In this document: piece after piece, positions 29,306 through 43,194 of the stretch
Position numbering within the stretch: position 1 is the first letter of the stretch
How the letters are laid out: each line of letters opens with the position of its first letter
DNA from: the human T2T-CHM13v2.0 reference genome, Homo sapiens
Reading direction: 5' to 3'
DNA length: 64,000 bases
NCBI GenBank assembly: GCA_009914755.4
Contig: CP068257.2
Span: 39,072,001 to 39,136,000 of the forward strand
Notes under the pieces: generated by a model
Told to the model about the DNA's origin: nothing
The model's input: the letters and a program-made list of their open reading frames with translations, nothing else
The model's database searches: none
Position numbers and translations under genes: made by a program

Positions 29306-31299
29306 GGTGGGGGGTACAGGCGAAAGCCTTTAGCGAGGTCCTGATATAGAGAGATGCTTACAAACTGTGGCCCCCCTTCCACTATGAACAGGAAAGCCTA
29401 CATACTGATGTGAATTCTGCTCCCCTGTGAGGGACACACAATGTAGATGTCTCCAAAGTAGATGGGCCCCCGATAAGACCCTCTTTCTCCTTGATCAGGG
29501 GAAGCATCAAAAGCTATTGTCAATCTGTGCGTCTCAAGAAGTGTCTTGTTCAACAATGCTGGAAATAACATGGATGATCTCACACTTGAAGACCTACACC
29601 TCCTTGGGGATGTTGGCAGATGATATCTACCTGACAGGTCCACTACTGGGGTGAGATCTGAGGGTCACTCTGGCTGTTAGGCCATATATGGCACCAATGA
29701 AAACTCTAACTTTTCACTGGTGTCATATAGGATGGAAATGTTACCAGGGCCAAAGGCTTCAATTATAGAAAAGTTTATCAGTATAAACACAGTGGTCAAT
29801 GACACACAATCCTGCAGGGCATTGAGATGTGTGTTGTGTCACAGTTACATTAGGAAACTTGCTCTCGTGTGCCTATATGGAATGTAGACTTCTATTTAGT
29901 AAAACCAAGAAGGTTAACCCCTAACCTCACTAAGGAGAGATGGGAAGGATTGCTGTCTTTCCTTGCACAAATATACCTTAGAGTGCACATGGCAAAACTT
30001 CATTCTTTAACTAAGGTTAGGAAATATATCAATAAATATGTTGGTGTGGGGATGAGGAAGGGCAAGTGTAATGAGATTCCTGGCCTACTATAGCCTAGAA
30101 AGAAAACTTCATTAGGAAGAACTGTTAGAAAGTTATGAGGATGGCATATGGTGGTCAAGATTTGGTATGGTGGAATGAGCTCATGCATTTTAGCACTACA
30201 TCTTGTTAAGAAACTAAATGGTCATGTAACCAGTCATTTAAACACTAAGCACCAACTTTAGATTGTCACAATAAAGGAAGAAGTAGGGAGCAGAATAGAG
30301 GCAGAAGAGACATTAATCTAATAACTAGATGAGCTAATAACTAGGCCTGGGCACTCTCCGTGGCTTGCTACCCAAGCTGTCTCGGGACCTATCCGCTGCA
30401 TTGTGACAAAGTATTCCTCAGCTGCCCCAGCCATGGCTCAAGTGGTCCCAGGCCTGGCTTAACTTACTGCTCTGGAAGGTACTAATCATAAACTTTGGTG
30501 GCATCCATGTTGTGTTAATTCTGCAGGTGCACAGAATGCAAAAGCTGTGGGGCATGGCTTTCTCCACCTAAACTTCAAAGACTTCCCAGAAAGCCTGCGG
30601 CCCTGGGCAGAGACTTGTTTTAGAGGTGGAGCCGGCACAAAGAGTCCCCATTAGGGCGGTGCTGAGACGAATTAATGGGCCAGAGCTGCAGCAGAGACTG
30701 TCCACTAGAGTAATGCCTAGTGGAGCCACGGAAGTGGGGCTGGCCCTGAGATCCCAGAACTGTAGAGCTACCAGCACATAACATCAGCCTGGGAGAGCTG
30801 CAGACATAAGACTCCAACCCATGAGAGCTGCTGGGTAAACTGAGCCCAAGAGCCCAACAAAGCCACCAAGGCAGCTTTTCCTGAGGCCCTGGGGACCCAA
30901 TCCCCACCCCAGTGTTCCCCAGGTGAGGGACATGGAATTAAAGGGGTTTCTTATCCAGCTTTAAACTTAAGGTTGTTTTCTCTGTTGGGTTTTAGATTTA
31001 CTTGAAACCTGTTACCTCTTCCTGCCTCTTTCTCCTTTTTGGAATGGGAATGTCCATCCTGTTCCTGTCTCACCATCGAATTTTGGAATTAGATAGCTTG
31101 CTTTGATTCATAGCTCATGGCTGGAGGGAATTTGCCTCTAGATGAATCATGCCTGAGTCTCACTCATATCTGATTCAGATGAGACTTTGGACTTTCAAAC
31201 TGATGCTGGAATTACTTAAGACTTTTGGGGTACTGGGATTCAATGAATGCATTTTGTATGTTAGAAGTTTCAGGAGGCCAGGGCAGAATACCACGATTT

Positions 31300-31635
31300 G
31301 AATGTTCCTGCCAAAACTCACGTTGAAATTTAATCACCAGGGTAATGGTACTGGGAGGTGGAAACTTTAAAAGGTGACTCGTAAGAGGCAGATCCTTCAT
31401 GAATGGATTATTGTCATTATCACAGGAGTGAGCTCCTTATAAAATAATACATTCTGCCTCCATTTTCTTTCTATCCTGAACACTTGCTTCTGTCTTCCAT
31501 CCTTCCACCTAGGATGACCTTCACCTGATGGCCTTGGACTTCTCAGCCTCCAGAGCCATGAGCCAAATAAACTTCTGTTGTTTACAATTTACTCAGTCTG
31601 TGTATTCTGTTTTAGTAGCAGAAAATGAACCAAGA
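31300..31635 (+). mobile_element. High-copy interspersed repeat, LTR/MER-like, family not assigned by me; shares its terminus with the copy at 43195-43565
   Basis: ...gttgaaatttaatcaccagggtaatggtactgggaggtgg...cttcatgaatggattattgtcattatcacaggagtgagc...gatggccttggacttctcagcctccagagccatgagccaaataaacttctgttgtttacaatttactcagtctgtgtattctgttttagtagcagaaaatgaaccaagaca. The second copy reads gttgaaatttaatccccaatgtggcagtattgaggggtag...caaccttggacttcttagcctccataattggaggaaatcaatatatcatttctctataataccagtgtcaggcattctgttacaaacaac...aagaca. Confidence 0.55.
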
Positions 31636-32850
31636 CAACAATTCACGAAAGTTTCACTCTTCACACTCATACAGAATAGGTGAAACCTTTTCACATCACT
31701 ATTTTAGTTTCATTATATGCCTGCCTTTATTCCGGAAAGTCAGATCTAGGGGAAGCTGTGTCCATGAGATTTAGCATCCTCCAGGTATCTTACTTGAAAC
31801 ATCCATCGTTTTTCTCTTGGTCTCCATCACTGGCAGAAACCAAGAGTTTGGCCTCCAGGGCCAGTTGGGGCTATGGCTAAGCTGGGAAGCACAGTGAACA
31901 CCAATTGCCAAAAGGTGGCAGAGAAAAATACATTTTGTACAAGCGATAGCTCTTACCCACAGAGAAGAGAGGCAGGGGTGTTCATCAAGTCGTAAGTGTT
32001 TTATAGTTTTCTCTCCCAACCATAACTAAAGTCTTTAGCAATGCTTCATAAGTCAGAATATGAAAATTATTGCTAACTAAGAAATCGGTTCAGATCAGAA
32101 GCATAGTTAATAGTTCAACACGGCAGTTTTCAACTCAAATAAAAATGCTGATAGTAGCACTGTAATTTTACATTTGAGCTTTCCAAGAAACTGACATTAC
32201 CCCAAACATATTGTTAGGAATGAGGTAACTGTCACTCTTCAAGGCTAATTAATTCCACCAGGATTCTTTTATTTTTTTTCCCTACATTATTTTTCTATCA
32301 ACCCGACTGTGGGTAATTTGAACTAAGCAAAATTTGGTCATATTTGAATTTATCCTCTTGTATCCTAAAAGTAGTCTTGTTAAGAATAGCAAGACTTTAA
32401 AAATGTAAATGTATACAAGAAACATTGCTTAATTAAATGTATAGTTTCTTATTGAAAATCTCATTCCACAAGCCAGCTTGTGAAATTATTTAAATGACTG
32501 CAGGAAAAAAATGATAAATAAATGTTTAATCCTAGCAGTTAAAGAGATAAGCGACCTATGGGGGATTACTGTCACTTCTCCTTATATTTTTAAAGAATTT
32601 TACATTAGTCTTTCTCCTTCATGCCACAGGGTTTAATAATGTAACATAAACTCATTCTCTAAGAGACACATCATATGGCCACAGGCAAAAGAAAACCCAA
32701 ACTATATTCCAACAGCTTTTGTTTCTTCCATCTAAGGGACCATCCATCTGCCTAAATAATAGCACTTCTTTTTATAGAGTGCCTCCTGCTCTTTAATACA
32801 GTAACATTTGCTTCCTCCAGTAAGGGCAGAGGCAACCTTAATGTGAATTA

Positions 32851-32870
32851 TGTGTGTGTGTGTGTGTGTG
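32851..32870. repeat. (TG)10 microsatellite
   Basis: tgtgtgtgtgtgtgtgtgtg. Confidence 0.9.
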
Positions 32871-33699
32871 AAAGTTCCTAAAAAATAACTGTGGGTTCAA
32901 AACAGAAAGCTAAATGAAACATTCAGCACAATCTTGTGAAATTCAGGGTTGAAAATCCTGGGGTACCAACACTAAGGGAGCTAATGGGAGGGACCTTGGA
33001 GAATTGTTTCTTCAGTTGCAGACTTCTCAATATTTTACATCCCTGTAACAGACGGCATAACCAAGGCTCCACTGACAAACATAAAGAAGAGTGTTACACC
33101 AAAAAGAAAATAAATCAATATTTTAGCTTTTCTTAAAATTCAAACAGGGCAGGGTGAAAAGGGGAGATGTGGGAGGAATTTTGCAGTAGGCAGTGACACA
33201 AGCATTCACTGATGCAATAATATTTATTGAGCACCTACTAGGTACCAGGTCTTGTGTAAGGGCCCAGTAATGCAAGATATAACAAGTCCTGGTACTACTG
33301 CCAAGGAAATTTCAGTCTGAAGGGTACTCTAGTTCACATAGTGAGGTCAATTATAATTCTATTTACCGAAGGTTGTGACAGAAACATTCACAAAATGCAA
33401 CAGAAGCATAAGTGATAGAGAAACTAATCTGACCTATGAAAAATGGAAACAACTTTCCAGAGGAGGAAAGAAAAGTACATTCTAGGCAGAAGTCTTAAAA
33501 AATATTAGGACATTGAGTTGTCCCAGTCAGGAGAGAAATAAAAAGGTGCTGGGAAGCAGGAAATTCAATGCACAGCTAAAAGTGTTGCACGATTAGGAGA
33601 GGGAGCTACAGGTTTCTTAGATTCATTTATCTTGGAAACACTCTTCAGCACCTACCATGTATCTGGCACTGTGCCAAGACCAGCAGACACACTAATAAC

Positions 33700-34296
33700 C
33701 AAGGCGTGGAAGGGTGCTGATTATAAAGTCAAGATTGTAAAGAGTGTCAGGTGCCAAGCTAAAAAGCATGCGCTTAGCCCTGCAGACAATAAGGACAATT
33801 AGGCACATACCCAGGAGAAATGAAAACATACATCCACACAAAACTGTGAGCAAATGTTTAAAGCAGCATTATGTATAATGGCCAATGGTGGAAACAGCCT
33901 ACATGTCTATCCCCTGAAGAATAGGTAAGCAAAATGCGGCTTAGCCTTACAATGGGATATCACTCAGCAATAAACTAGAGTGAAGAACTGGCACAAGCTA
34001 CAATGGGGATGACCCTCAATTACAGCCACAAAAGGCCACATACTGTATGACTCCATTCGTATGAAATGTCCAGAAGAGGGAGATCTGTAGAGACAGAAAG
34101 TCGACTAGTGGCTTACTTATGGTTAGGACTGGGTAACGGGACAGGATAGGAGGGTTTCTTTTGAAGTGATGAAAACCTGCTAAAATTGATTGTGGTGAAG
34201 GCACCTTATCTGTGAATATACTAAAAACCACTAAACTGTATGCTTTAAGTGGATTCTTTTTATGGTATCTAAATTATATTTGAATAAAGCTATTTT
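33700..34296 (+). mobile_element. L1M (L1MA/L1MB-type) 3'-end fragment, sense
   Basis: ...atggggatgaccctcaattacagccacaaaaggccacatactgtatgactccattcgtatgaaatgtccagaagagggagatctgtagagacagaaagtcgactagtggcttacttatggttaggactgggtaacgggacaggataggagggtttcttttgaagtgatgaaaacctgctaaaattgattgtggtgaaggcaccttatctgtgaatatactaaaaaccactaaactgtatgctttaagtggattctttttatggtatctaaattatatttgaataaagctattttaaaaag. This matches the L1M 3' terminus (aaatgtccaaaatagg...ctgtgaatatactaaaaaccactgaattgtacactttaaa...tgaattatatctcaataaagctgtt). Two rc-MIR-like stretches at about 33220-33330 and 33640-33720 precede it (tatttattgagcacctactaggtaccagg...), with low confidence. Confidence 0.7.
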
Positions 34297-34802
34297 AAAA
34301 AGTAGGAAGTCAATGAAAGTTTTGACAATGAACAATCAATTTCCCAAATTGAAGTTTGAGAAAGTAAACACTGAGTAGACAGGGAGAGAAGACTGCAGGC
34401 AGAAAGCCTGGCTAGACTGCTCTGCTGGGAGTCTAGGCCAGCTGGGCATTGGTGGTGAGAAGGGAGAAAAAAGGCCTAATTATGGATATGTCTGATATGA
34501 TCCTACCAGCATCGGTGGGCAGGGATGTGGGAGCAAAAAGAGTGAAGAAAATAAAAAAAGTCAATAGGAGGCAAATGTAATTGCTTGCATACCCAGTTGC
34601 ACAGTTACACTATTACAAAGAGAGCCTACAAGACAGAGCTGGTTGGTAAAGGAAACAACATGTCAGTTTCACTAACGTAAAGAGGGCACTGCCCCTGGGC
34701 CACCCAATAGCAAATTGGAAATAGGAGTCCAAGACCCTAGAGACATATTTGGCAGCCAGGGAAATTTAAGTCTATCACTGGGTGAGATATTCCAAGAAAA
34801 GT

Positions 34803-35150
34803 GTTGCATTAGTTTGTTTTCACACTGCTAATAAAGACATACCCAAGACTGGGCAATTTACAAGAGAAAGGTATTTAATTGGACTTACAGTTCCACATGG
34901 CTAGGGAAGCCACAAAATCCTGGTGGAAGGCAAGGAGGAGCAAGTCACGTCTTACATGGTTGGCAGCAGGTAAAGGGAGTGAACTTGTGCAGGAAAACTT
35001 CTAACAACCGTCAGATCTCGTGAGACTTACTATCATGAGAACAGCACGGGAATGACCTGCCCCCACGATTCAATTACCTCCCACTGGGTCCCTCCCAAAA
35101 CATGTGGGAATTCAAGATGAGATTTGGGTGAGGGCACAGCCAAGGCATAT
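34803..35150 (-). mobile_element. MaLR-type LTR (diverged THE1/MST-like), minus orientation
   Basis: gttgcattagtttgttttcacactgctaataaagacatacccaagactgggcaatttacaagagaaaggtatttaattggacttacagttccacatggctagggaagcc...cagatctcgtgagacttactatcatgagaacagcacgggaatgacctgcccccacgattcaattacctcccactgggtccctcccaaaacatgtgggaattcaagatgagatttgggtgagggcacagccaaggcatatca. This is the same family as 21896-22261. Confidence 0.65.
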
Positions 35151-36415
35151 CAAGTGTAAAGAACAAGAAGAGACAAAAACCAGAAGTAAATCCTCAGGGA
35201 TAGGGAGTATTTTATAAGGTAGGAAAATATCTGACAAAAGATTTGTACCCAAAATACATAATGAACTCCTACACACCAATATAAAAAGATAGTCCAACAA
35301 AAATGGACAAAAGTGCTGGGTGCAGTAGCTGATGCCTGTAATCCCAGCACTTTTGGAGGCCGAGGTGTGTGGCTCGCTTGAGCCCAGGAATTCAAGATCA
35401 GCCTGGGGAACATAGCAAGACTCTCTCTACCAAAAATTAGCTGGGTGTGGTGGCATGCTCCTGTAGTCCCAGCTACTCAGGAGGCAGGGGTAGGAGGATC
35501 ACTTGAGCCCCAGAATTGGAAGTTGCAGTGAGCCGAGATCGCACCACTGCACTCCAGCCTGAGCGACACAGTGAGACCTTGTCTCCAAAGAAGAAAAACA
35601 CACACACACACACACAAGGTGTGAACAGTCACTTCACAAAGGCCAATATATAAATGGCCAATAAGCACATTAAAAAGTGCTTCAATGCCACTGGTCATTA
35701 AGAAAAAGTAAATTAAAAGTACAGTGGGGTACTACTACACATCCACCAAAATAACTACAATGGAAAAGACAGAATATATTGAGGGTCTTAAGAATGTGGA
35801 GCAACAAGACCCTCAAACAATGCAGGTAGTAATGTAAATCAGTAGTTATTGTGGAAAATTATTAGCCTCTACTAAAGGGAACACATGTGTACACTGTGAC
35901 TCAACAATTTCACTCCTAAGTATTTATACAACAAAAGCACATGCATATGTCCATCAAAAAATACACGCTGGAATATCTACAGCAGCAACACGTTGTAACA
36001 GTCACAAACTGAAAACTTACCAAATATCGATCAATAATAAAATTGATACATCGTGATATATTGGCACCTTGAATCACTACATACTGATAACAATGAACAA
36101 TCTGCACATAAAATATTATAAATCACACAACTATAATGGTGAAGAAAAGCAAAAAGACACCAAAGGGATTTACACTGTATTGTTCCATTTATATCAAACA
36201 TCAAAATAGGAAAAACTAATCTATGATGTTGAGAGTCAGAATAAAGTTTGCCCGTGGGGGTGGGGTCAGGTGCAGAGAATGGAAAGGGCCATGAGGTGGC
36301 ATCCAAGGTGCAGGCTATGTTCTTTTTCTTGATCTGGGTGCTGGGCACACTGCATGTGTACACAGTGATTTGCATGTATGTAACATTTCAATTAAAAAAT
36401 TAAAAGAGTTTAAAG
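35150..36415 (+). mobile_element. Old LINE-1 (L1M) 3' portion (ORF2 C-terminus plus 3' end), sense; interrupted by the Alu at 35318-35620
   Basis: ...ggaaaatatctgacaaaagatttgtacccaaaatacataatgaactcctacacaccaatataaaaagatagtccaacaaaaatggacaaaag... ; ...aaatggccaataagcacattaaaaagtgcttcaatgccactggtcattaagaaaa... ; ...gggaacacatgtgtacactgtgactcaacaatttcactcctaagtatttatacaacaaaagcacatgcatatgtccatcaaaaaatacacgctggaatat... All match L1 ORF2 C-terminal consensus segments. Confidence 0.75.
35318..35620 (+). mobile_element. Alu SINE nested in the L1M
   Basis: gtgctgggtgcagtagctgatgcctgtaatcccagcacttttggaggccgaggtgtgtggctcgcttgagcccaggaattcaagatcagcctggggaacatagcaagactctctctaccaaaaattagctgggtgtggtggcatgctcctgtagtcccagctactcaggaggcagg...gccgagatcgcaccactgcactccagcctgagcgacacagtgagaccttgtctccaaagaagaaaaacacacacacacacacac. 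Confidence 0.95.
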
Positions 36416-37559
36416 AAATTGGAAAAAAATCATGAAGGAGATAAATAGGAAATTAGGAGATCAGTAGCTCAAACCCTAGAGAGTGATGTCTTAGAAACAA
36501 AAAGACATTTTGAGACGTTAACCAACAGTTTTCAACACTGTCAATTGCTTCAGAGAGGTCAGAAAACATGAGAACTAAAACAGGCTATCGAATTTGCAAA
36601 TTGGGTACATTAATTTTGAATGGAAATGCCATTTGGGTTCAAGTTAGCTTTATTGATTTCATAGGAATACGTGAGTGGGTATGCTTACTAAAATGAACTG
36701 CTTGTGTAAAGGTCTTCCAAAATGAAAGGGAATATAACTTAGCCTTAGGTAAACATATCTAGAAAGCATAACATTTAGCTGATTCTGAGACTCCAAAATG
36801 GTTTTTTCTTTGGATAAATGCTTAGAAATTCAGTGTCATCTCGATCAGACAATCACAAATCAGTTAAATGATGGGCTTATAATGACTTGGAAAGCATTCC
36901 AAGGCTTCTATGAAGTGATTCCAAGTCAGGTTATTAAAATGTGCTCATATGTTATAGCAATTTTGCCTTTAACGTTAATATATTTCACTCATTCTATCTA
37001 CTCCCAAGCTGTGAAATGATGTTGCAACTGTCATCACTTAGAAATATGAAATTCTGTCTCTGTCCATCATAAAACAACAAACAAAAACACAGAAACAAGA
37101 ACTGGATTTACTCTATGTCTTCACTAAAGTTTCAGACAGTACAGAAAAAAAAAAAATGAAAGAAGGAAACAAACAAAGTGGACCTTATGAGTGGCCCAGC
37201 TTACTTCCTGAGTTTCTAAGATAATTCCAAAAGGAGGAAATTTGAATAAAACTTGGTTATATTGTGGGGTTAGGGGGACCAAGTATGACACTTGAGGGGA
37301 CTAAGGCTGCTAGAATTTACAAAGTGGAAAGAAGGAAGTTATATAGAGAGGGAGCTCCAGAGAGCGGAAGGAGCTTCCAGTTGATGAGTCCTTAACTGTG
37401 TGCTGATATTTGCATGCGTGTAAGAAAACTACCAAGGTTGGATTAGGAACACCAGAAAGAAGTGGGTGAAAATCTGTGAAGCTCACACAGGGGAGAAAAT
37501 AGTTCATGTTTCAACCAGCAAAAGAGGTAAGAACTTCTAATAAATAGAACATCAGATTG

Positions 37560-39560
37560 AGTATTCAGAAATGTATCACACAGCTGCAGGGGACAAATTA
37601 ATCATAACAAAATTTAAAAGTGATCCTAGAAGGGAACAAACTGAGTCTAAGTAATTGAACTGCACAACAAAAAACTTTGATGATAATTAATAGAAACCAA
37701 CAATCAATCAATAATATAAAATTTACAATGTCTGTCATTCAATAAAAAATTGGACACAATAAGGGAAATATGGCATATTATTAGGAGTAAACTATTCCAC
37801 AGAAAGACACATAAATGAGAGATGATACAATTTGCAAGCATGGATATTAACATCACTCTTATAAATATTCTGTCAATATGTACAAGACAGTAGGAAAAAG
37901 GAAGAGCTCATTGATGAGAGAAATGGAGAAAATACAAACAGCCAAGCTGCAAATAAAACAGTCAAATGGACCTTCTAGAGATTCAAAATGTAATATATGA
38001 AATGAAAGTTAGACAAATAGGATTAATGGCAGATTACACCCTTCAGAAGAAACTGTCAATGAACCAGAAAACAGAGCAATTAAAACTACCCAAATTGAAA
38101 AACAAACTTTAAAAAGGCTTAAAAACAGTAAACACAAAACTGGTGAGATGTGGGCCAATATCGTTTGGCCTAATATACGTATAATTGGAGTTCTAGGATG
38201 AAAATGAGATACAGAAAAAAAATCGAACAATTAATATACAGAAGTTTCAAACTTTAATGAACACTAGAACCTCAACTATCCATCAAATTCAACAAACACC
38301 AAACAGAAGCATGTAGAAAACCACAACATGACACATGATTAAATTGTTCAAATCCAACATAAAGAAAAAAACTTAAAGGCAACCAGATTAAAAAATAAAT
38401 ACATGTTATATTTAGAGAAACAAAGATAAGAATGACAGCAGACTTCTCATCAGAAACAACGCAAAACAGAAGACAAGGGGAGAGAAATTTGAAGCATTTT
38501 TTTAAAAAAAAGACAGGAAAGAAAAACTGTCAACCTAAAGCTCTATATGCAGAAAAATTTTCATAAAGACAAAATAACTTTCTAGACATTCCAAAGCTGA
38601 GAATTCATTGTCAGTAGACTAGCAATACAAAAATCGTTAAAATCTTTCAGGAAGAAAAGAAATAATATCAGATGCAAATTTGTGACTTCATAAAGAAATG
38701 AAGAGTGACAAAAATGTTAAGCATGTGGGTGAATATAAAATCATATTTTCTCACTTTAAATCATCAAAAGATACATTACTGTTAAGGCAATAATAATGCA
38801 TTGTGTGGTTTGTAACATATAGATAAAATGAATAACAATATTAACACAAAGGCAGGAGGAAGGAGGAAATAAAAATTTATTGTTGTAAGGTCCTTCTATA
38901 AATTAAGTGGTATTATTTGAAAGTAAGCCATGTTACTTTGAAGATGGACATTGTAAACTCTAAAAGCAACCACTTACAAAGCAAAATAAAAACAAAACTT
39001 ACATGTTAATCCTTTAATGCAGGTAAAATTGACAATTTAAAAAATACTCCATTAATCCAAAAGAAGGCAAGAAAGAGAAAAATAAAGGAACAGAGGACAG
39101 ATAGAAAAAATAGGGAGCAATTAGCAAGATGATAGGTTTAAACGAAACCAAATTGACCATCACATTAAATATAAATTGCCTAAACACTCTTAAAAGTAAA
39201 ACATTGTCAGATTGAATAAAAAATAAATACCTAACTATACGCTATCCAGGAGAAATTCTATTATAAAGAAACTGATAGACCAAAAGTAAAAAAAATAGAA
39301 AAAATATAAGCTAACACTACTCTAAAGAAAGTGGGAGTGATTATATTAATATCAAAGTAGATTTTAGAATAAGAAATATTACTAGGGACAGATGGTTATT
39401 CCCTAATGATAAAGTGGTCAATTCATCAAGGTGACATAACAATCCTAAATGTCTATGTACCTAATAAAAGAGCTTCAGAGGACATGAAGCAAATCTGCTG
39501 GAATTAAAGTGAAAAATATAAAATCCAAAAGGAGAACTGAGAGCTGGGTCTCTCTCGCTC
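37560..39560 (+). mobile_element. Old LINE-1 (L1M-class) fragment, sense: ORF1 3' region through the ORF2 endonuclease domain
   Basis: A-rich L1-like sequence. The ORF2 EN region is recognisable: ...gaaaccaaattgaccatcacattaaatataaattgcctaaacactcttaaaagtaaaacattgtcagattgaataaaaaa... ; ...aagaaagtgggagtgattatattaatatcaaagtagattttagaataagaaatattactagggacagatggttattccctaatgataaagtggtcaattcatcaaggtgacataacaatcctaaatgtctatgtacctaat. Compare ...INGLNSPIKRHRL...WIK... and GVAILISDKIDFK...DKEGHYIMIKGSI.QEDITI.NIYAPN. Two further A-rich stretches at about 40730-41250 and 42240-43040 may be old L1/HAL1 ORF1 remnants, with low confidence. Confidence 0.6.
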
Positions 39561-42500
39561 TTTTTTTTTTTTTTTAGTGCTAATTACCATTAGGGTAACG
39601 TAACAGTGTTTTTTGTTGAGATGTAGGTTGCATTCTTGAATGTTGGAGGTTAAGAAACTGTGAGTAGAAAAAATCCAATGTCATCTCACAGCTGTCATAC
39701 ACTAGGGTCTGGCCACGCTGGTCTCCTCAGTGTCCTAGGTCCCCAATCCCCTTCCAACTCGGGGTCTGTGCTGGTACTAGGCTCTTAGCTGGAACACTTC
39801 ACCCTCCTTTATCCAATTAACTCCTACTCATTCATTGAATGTCAGCTAAACACCAATTCCTTAGAATTTATTCCCGGTCTTCTACCTTTCATACTAGACA
39901 CCGTGTCCTACCTTTCAGCTTCTTGCATCACACTGTCATCAATGTTTTCATAGCTATTTTGCATGTGCACCCCACTCCATTGCAATCTAGAAGAGGGGCA
40001 GCATGCTTCATAGGAGATGATGCAATCTTATTCTTAGAGGCAGCTGGTGTGCTGGCTAATACATAATAGAAGCCCTCACATTTTTTATTGAATGCATAAA
40101 TAAATGTTTAAAAGAAAAATATTATGGTTTTCATACTACATATAACTAAAGAGATTCCTTTTAAGAAGTAACAATCTGTATTTTATATACATCATCTACT
40201 ATAATCTAAATTCCATTATATAGATATCAAGGGACCACAAGGATGAGTGGCTGACAAAAAGAATTTCTGAGGTGCTATAAGAACACACTTCGAAGATTTT
40301 AGCTACTTTGTGTAAGAATGTTCTTTTTATCCAATATTTGTACTTATTTTGCAACAAGAAGGAAAAAGCCTGATTTTTGCCATGGGTTTTACAAAGCTCT
40401 GGAGAAAAAAAGTAAAAATAAATTAGTGTTTTACCCAGAAAATGTCTGAGTATTGTTTGCAATCCATTTCTAGAGTACTACTTCCATATGTGTATAGGGA
40501 ATTCATTTTAGAGATAAAAGTCTCTCCATCCCTTTGGATGGATTAAAGTCACTCTCATTAACATTGCTAGGGGTTAAGTGTACATTTTCAGAGAGGAATA
40601 TAGAATCTGTAATGAATAATATGTATGTGGTTTACTACGTTCCGGCATTTACATTTTAAGCTCAAAGGTTTCAAAAGGCATGAAAGTGGCTAGCGATTTG
40701 GAAGGAGCAGAAGACCCAGTGAGCATTATGATCACAGGCAGTAAAGCACATGAATAAACCAAAATGATGTAAATGGCTCCTTAGGATTCGGAAGCATAAA
40801 AACTGGGGAACAAGAATAGAACAAACGAATGAAGAAAGAGTACAGAGTTATGTAAAGAATTACAAATGAAGAAAATCAGCAGAAATAACAGAGAAATAAA
40901 GATAACATCACAATAATGTTAACAGAATTGCTTTCTGCAGATTAAGAGGCAAAGAGTTGGAGAGAGAGGGAAAAAATTACAAAATTGAATGTCCAAAAAC
41001 ATGGCAATGTGAAATAGCAACAAAAAAACAGTGAAGCAACAATAAAGTAAGATTATCAAAGGGAAGGGGAGGAGGACGTTAACCAAAGCCAACTGAATCA
41101 TTTCTCCTATGATTAAAGAAGAAAATGAATTATAACCAGAGACTGACTGGTACCTCAGCATAAAAATGTAAAATCCAAGTTCGGTAATTAAACCTTTCAC
41201 TCCAGCATTAAGTGAAAACACTGAAGTGAAATGACAAAAAGACATAAATTCTTCTTAGTTTCATTGACTAATACACTGTTGAGCATTATTTTCTTTTGCT
41301 AGAACTTCACTATGTTCAGAAGTGCTTCATTTTTCATTTTGCTCTGACCTAAGGACTTACAGAAATCTAATGTTTTAAGTAATTTCTTTCTTCATGTAAC
41401 GCACAGGTTTAAGTTTCAGAAACAAAATAAATGACCATTCTCATAAATGCAAATACACCCTAAGTCATGAGTGATGACAATTTTTAAAAAAACTTTGAAA
41501 GACTCTTTAAGGATTGACTCCAGTCTAATCTGGTCCCTCGAATTTACCAGCCTTTCCAGGGTTTGCTCTGAATGAGAGACTGGCTCACTGGCTTCCTCTA
41601 GTATGACTTCTTTTGGCTTTCTCCACAATGTTAAATCCATTGCCATTGGCATCTCATGACTGCCAGCATCTCATCTCTCTTCCCCTTTGTCCTTAGAGTG
41701 TTTGTAAATCCCTTTATTTCCATGTTAATGAAGCTTCTGTGGCAGGATGAGGGAGCAATGACAAAGTGTAGATGTCCAGTTGCCTTTTCTTATCAGCAAT
41801 GCCTACTGTCGCCAAAGCAGTGATGGAAAAAAAACCTGCGTCCGGGCTCCAGGTATGAGGTACTCTTCTATCTTCCCAGAGGACATTGGGGAATACTGCA
41901 TGAATGAAACTCACCTGACTTTACCATCCCTTGTACTCATACCACCTGATCCAGTTCTGTATTTTTGCCCTTGCATATCAACAGACTGTTCGTATATGTG
42001 ACTTTATTCATTGCCAAAACATTTGTACCTTGAATGCAGCAAAGGGGGCATTGTCATCCTTGTAAACCGTGTGCTCACACAGCACTGAGTGTATGGACAA
42101 TGCAATCAACACTTAAATGTAACCGAAGGCAGACCTCTGTGGAGGTGGAAAAAGCATTTCTTTGTGAGAAAAGGTGCCATCATTTCTGGGGTTCTCTGTA
42201 GTTGGAACCTGCTCTCAGGTTCTGACCTAGGAGTGTGGAGACCAAGGGCCTGCCTTTTCTGGACCTCAGTGTGCAGCCATTTATAAAGCAAGGTGTGACT
42301 GACCTAGAATTCCATACTCAAAGTATCAAACAAGTAAACGAGGACAATTTTAGATCATGCAAAGTCAAAATTTTGACCTCTCATGTACCCTTCTTCAAAA
42401 AGCAATTAAAAAATGAATTAAAAGGTTGCAAACTCAGAAAGAACATACGATATCCAGAAAACAGACGGTACAACATAGGTGAGAAACAAAAAGAATTTCC

Positions 42501-43194
42501 AGAATAACTGTGAACGATAACAGAACAACAAACATACAGCAGAAATCAGTCCAGATTAAAGCAGAAAGAAGGCTCCTGGAGAGATGTTTCCAGGAAAAAA
42601 ATAAACATTCAAGCACGCTAATGCATCTGAATGTATTAAGAAGAGTGTTTAGTCCGTTGGAGAATTTGGGGAATGAATTAGTAACACATGCAGTGAAAAC
42701 TAAGTAAACAAAGAAGCAAGTGATTATTAATCCTAGGAAAAACACAAAGCTGTAATAGAAAAAGTGTTCATCATATACTATGTGGCTCAGCTGTAGCTAA
42801 TATTTACATAGTCATAATAATGTAAATCATAAATATTGATCTAACCCCAAATGGTAGTATCATTATATAGATAAAATAGAAAAAGATAAGAAAAGAGGGC
42901 ATTCACAGTCCATAAAATCAAGGTAAATCCATATCTAAACTTGAAAGATTAAGAATTTCAGTGTAAAAAGATAACTTAAAAATATGGGTCTGAACATAGA
43001 AGAGTCAGCTTTAACAGGAAAAAAAAAAATACTCACAGAAAGCAAAGTCTGTAAGTGAGTGTGTTTCCAGAGAGTTTGTCTAATTCCAATCATGATCAGA
43101 AGGAGCCCAAACCAACCCTATGCGGAACAGTGCCTTCCAAGTGGACGCAGCACAATTTGTCTGATTCTCTGCTATGGTTTGAATGTTTGCCCCC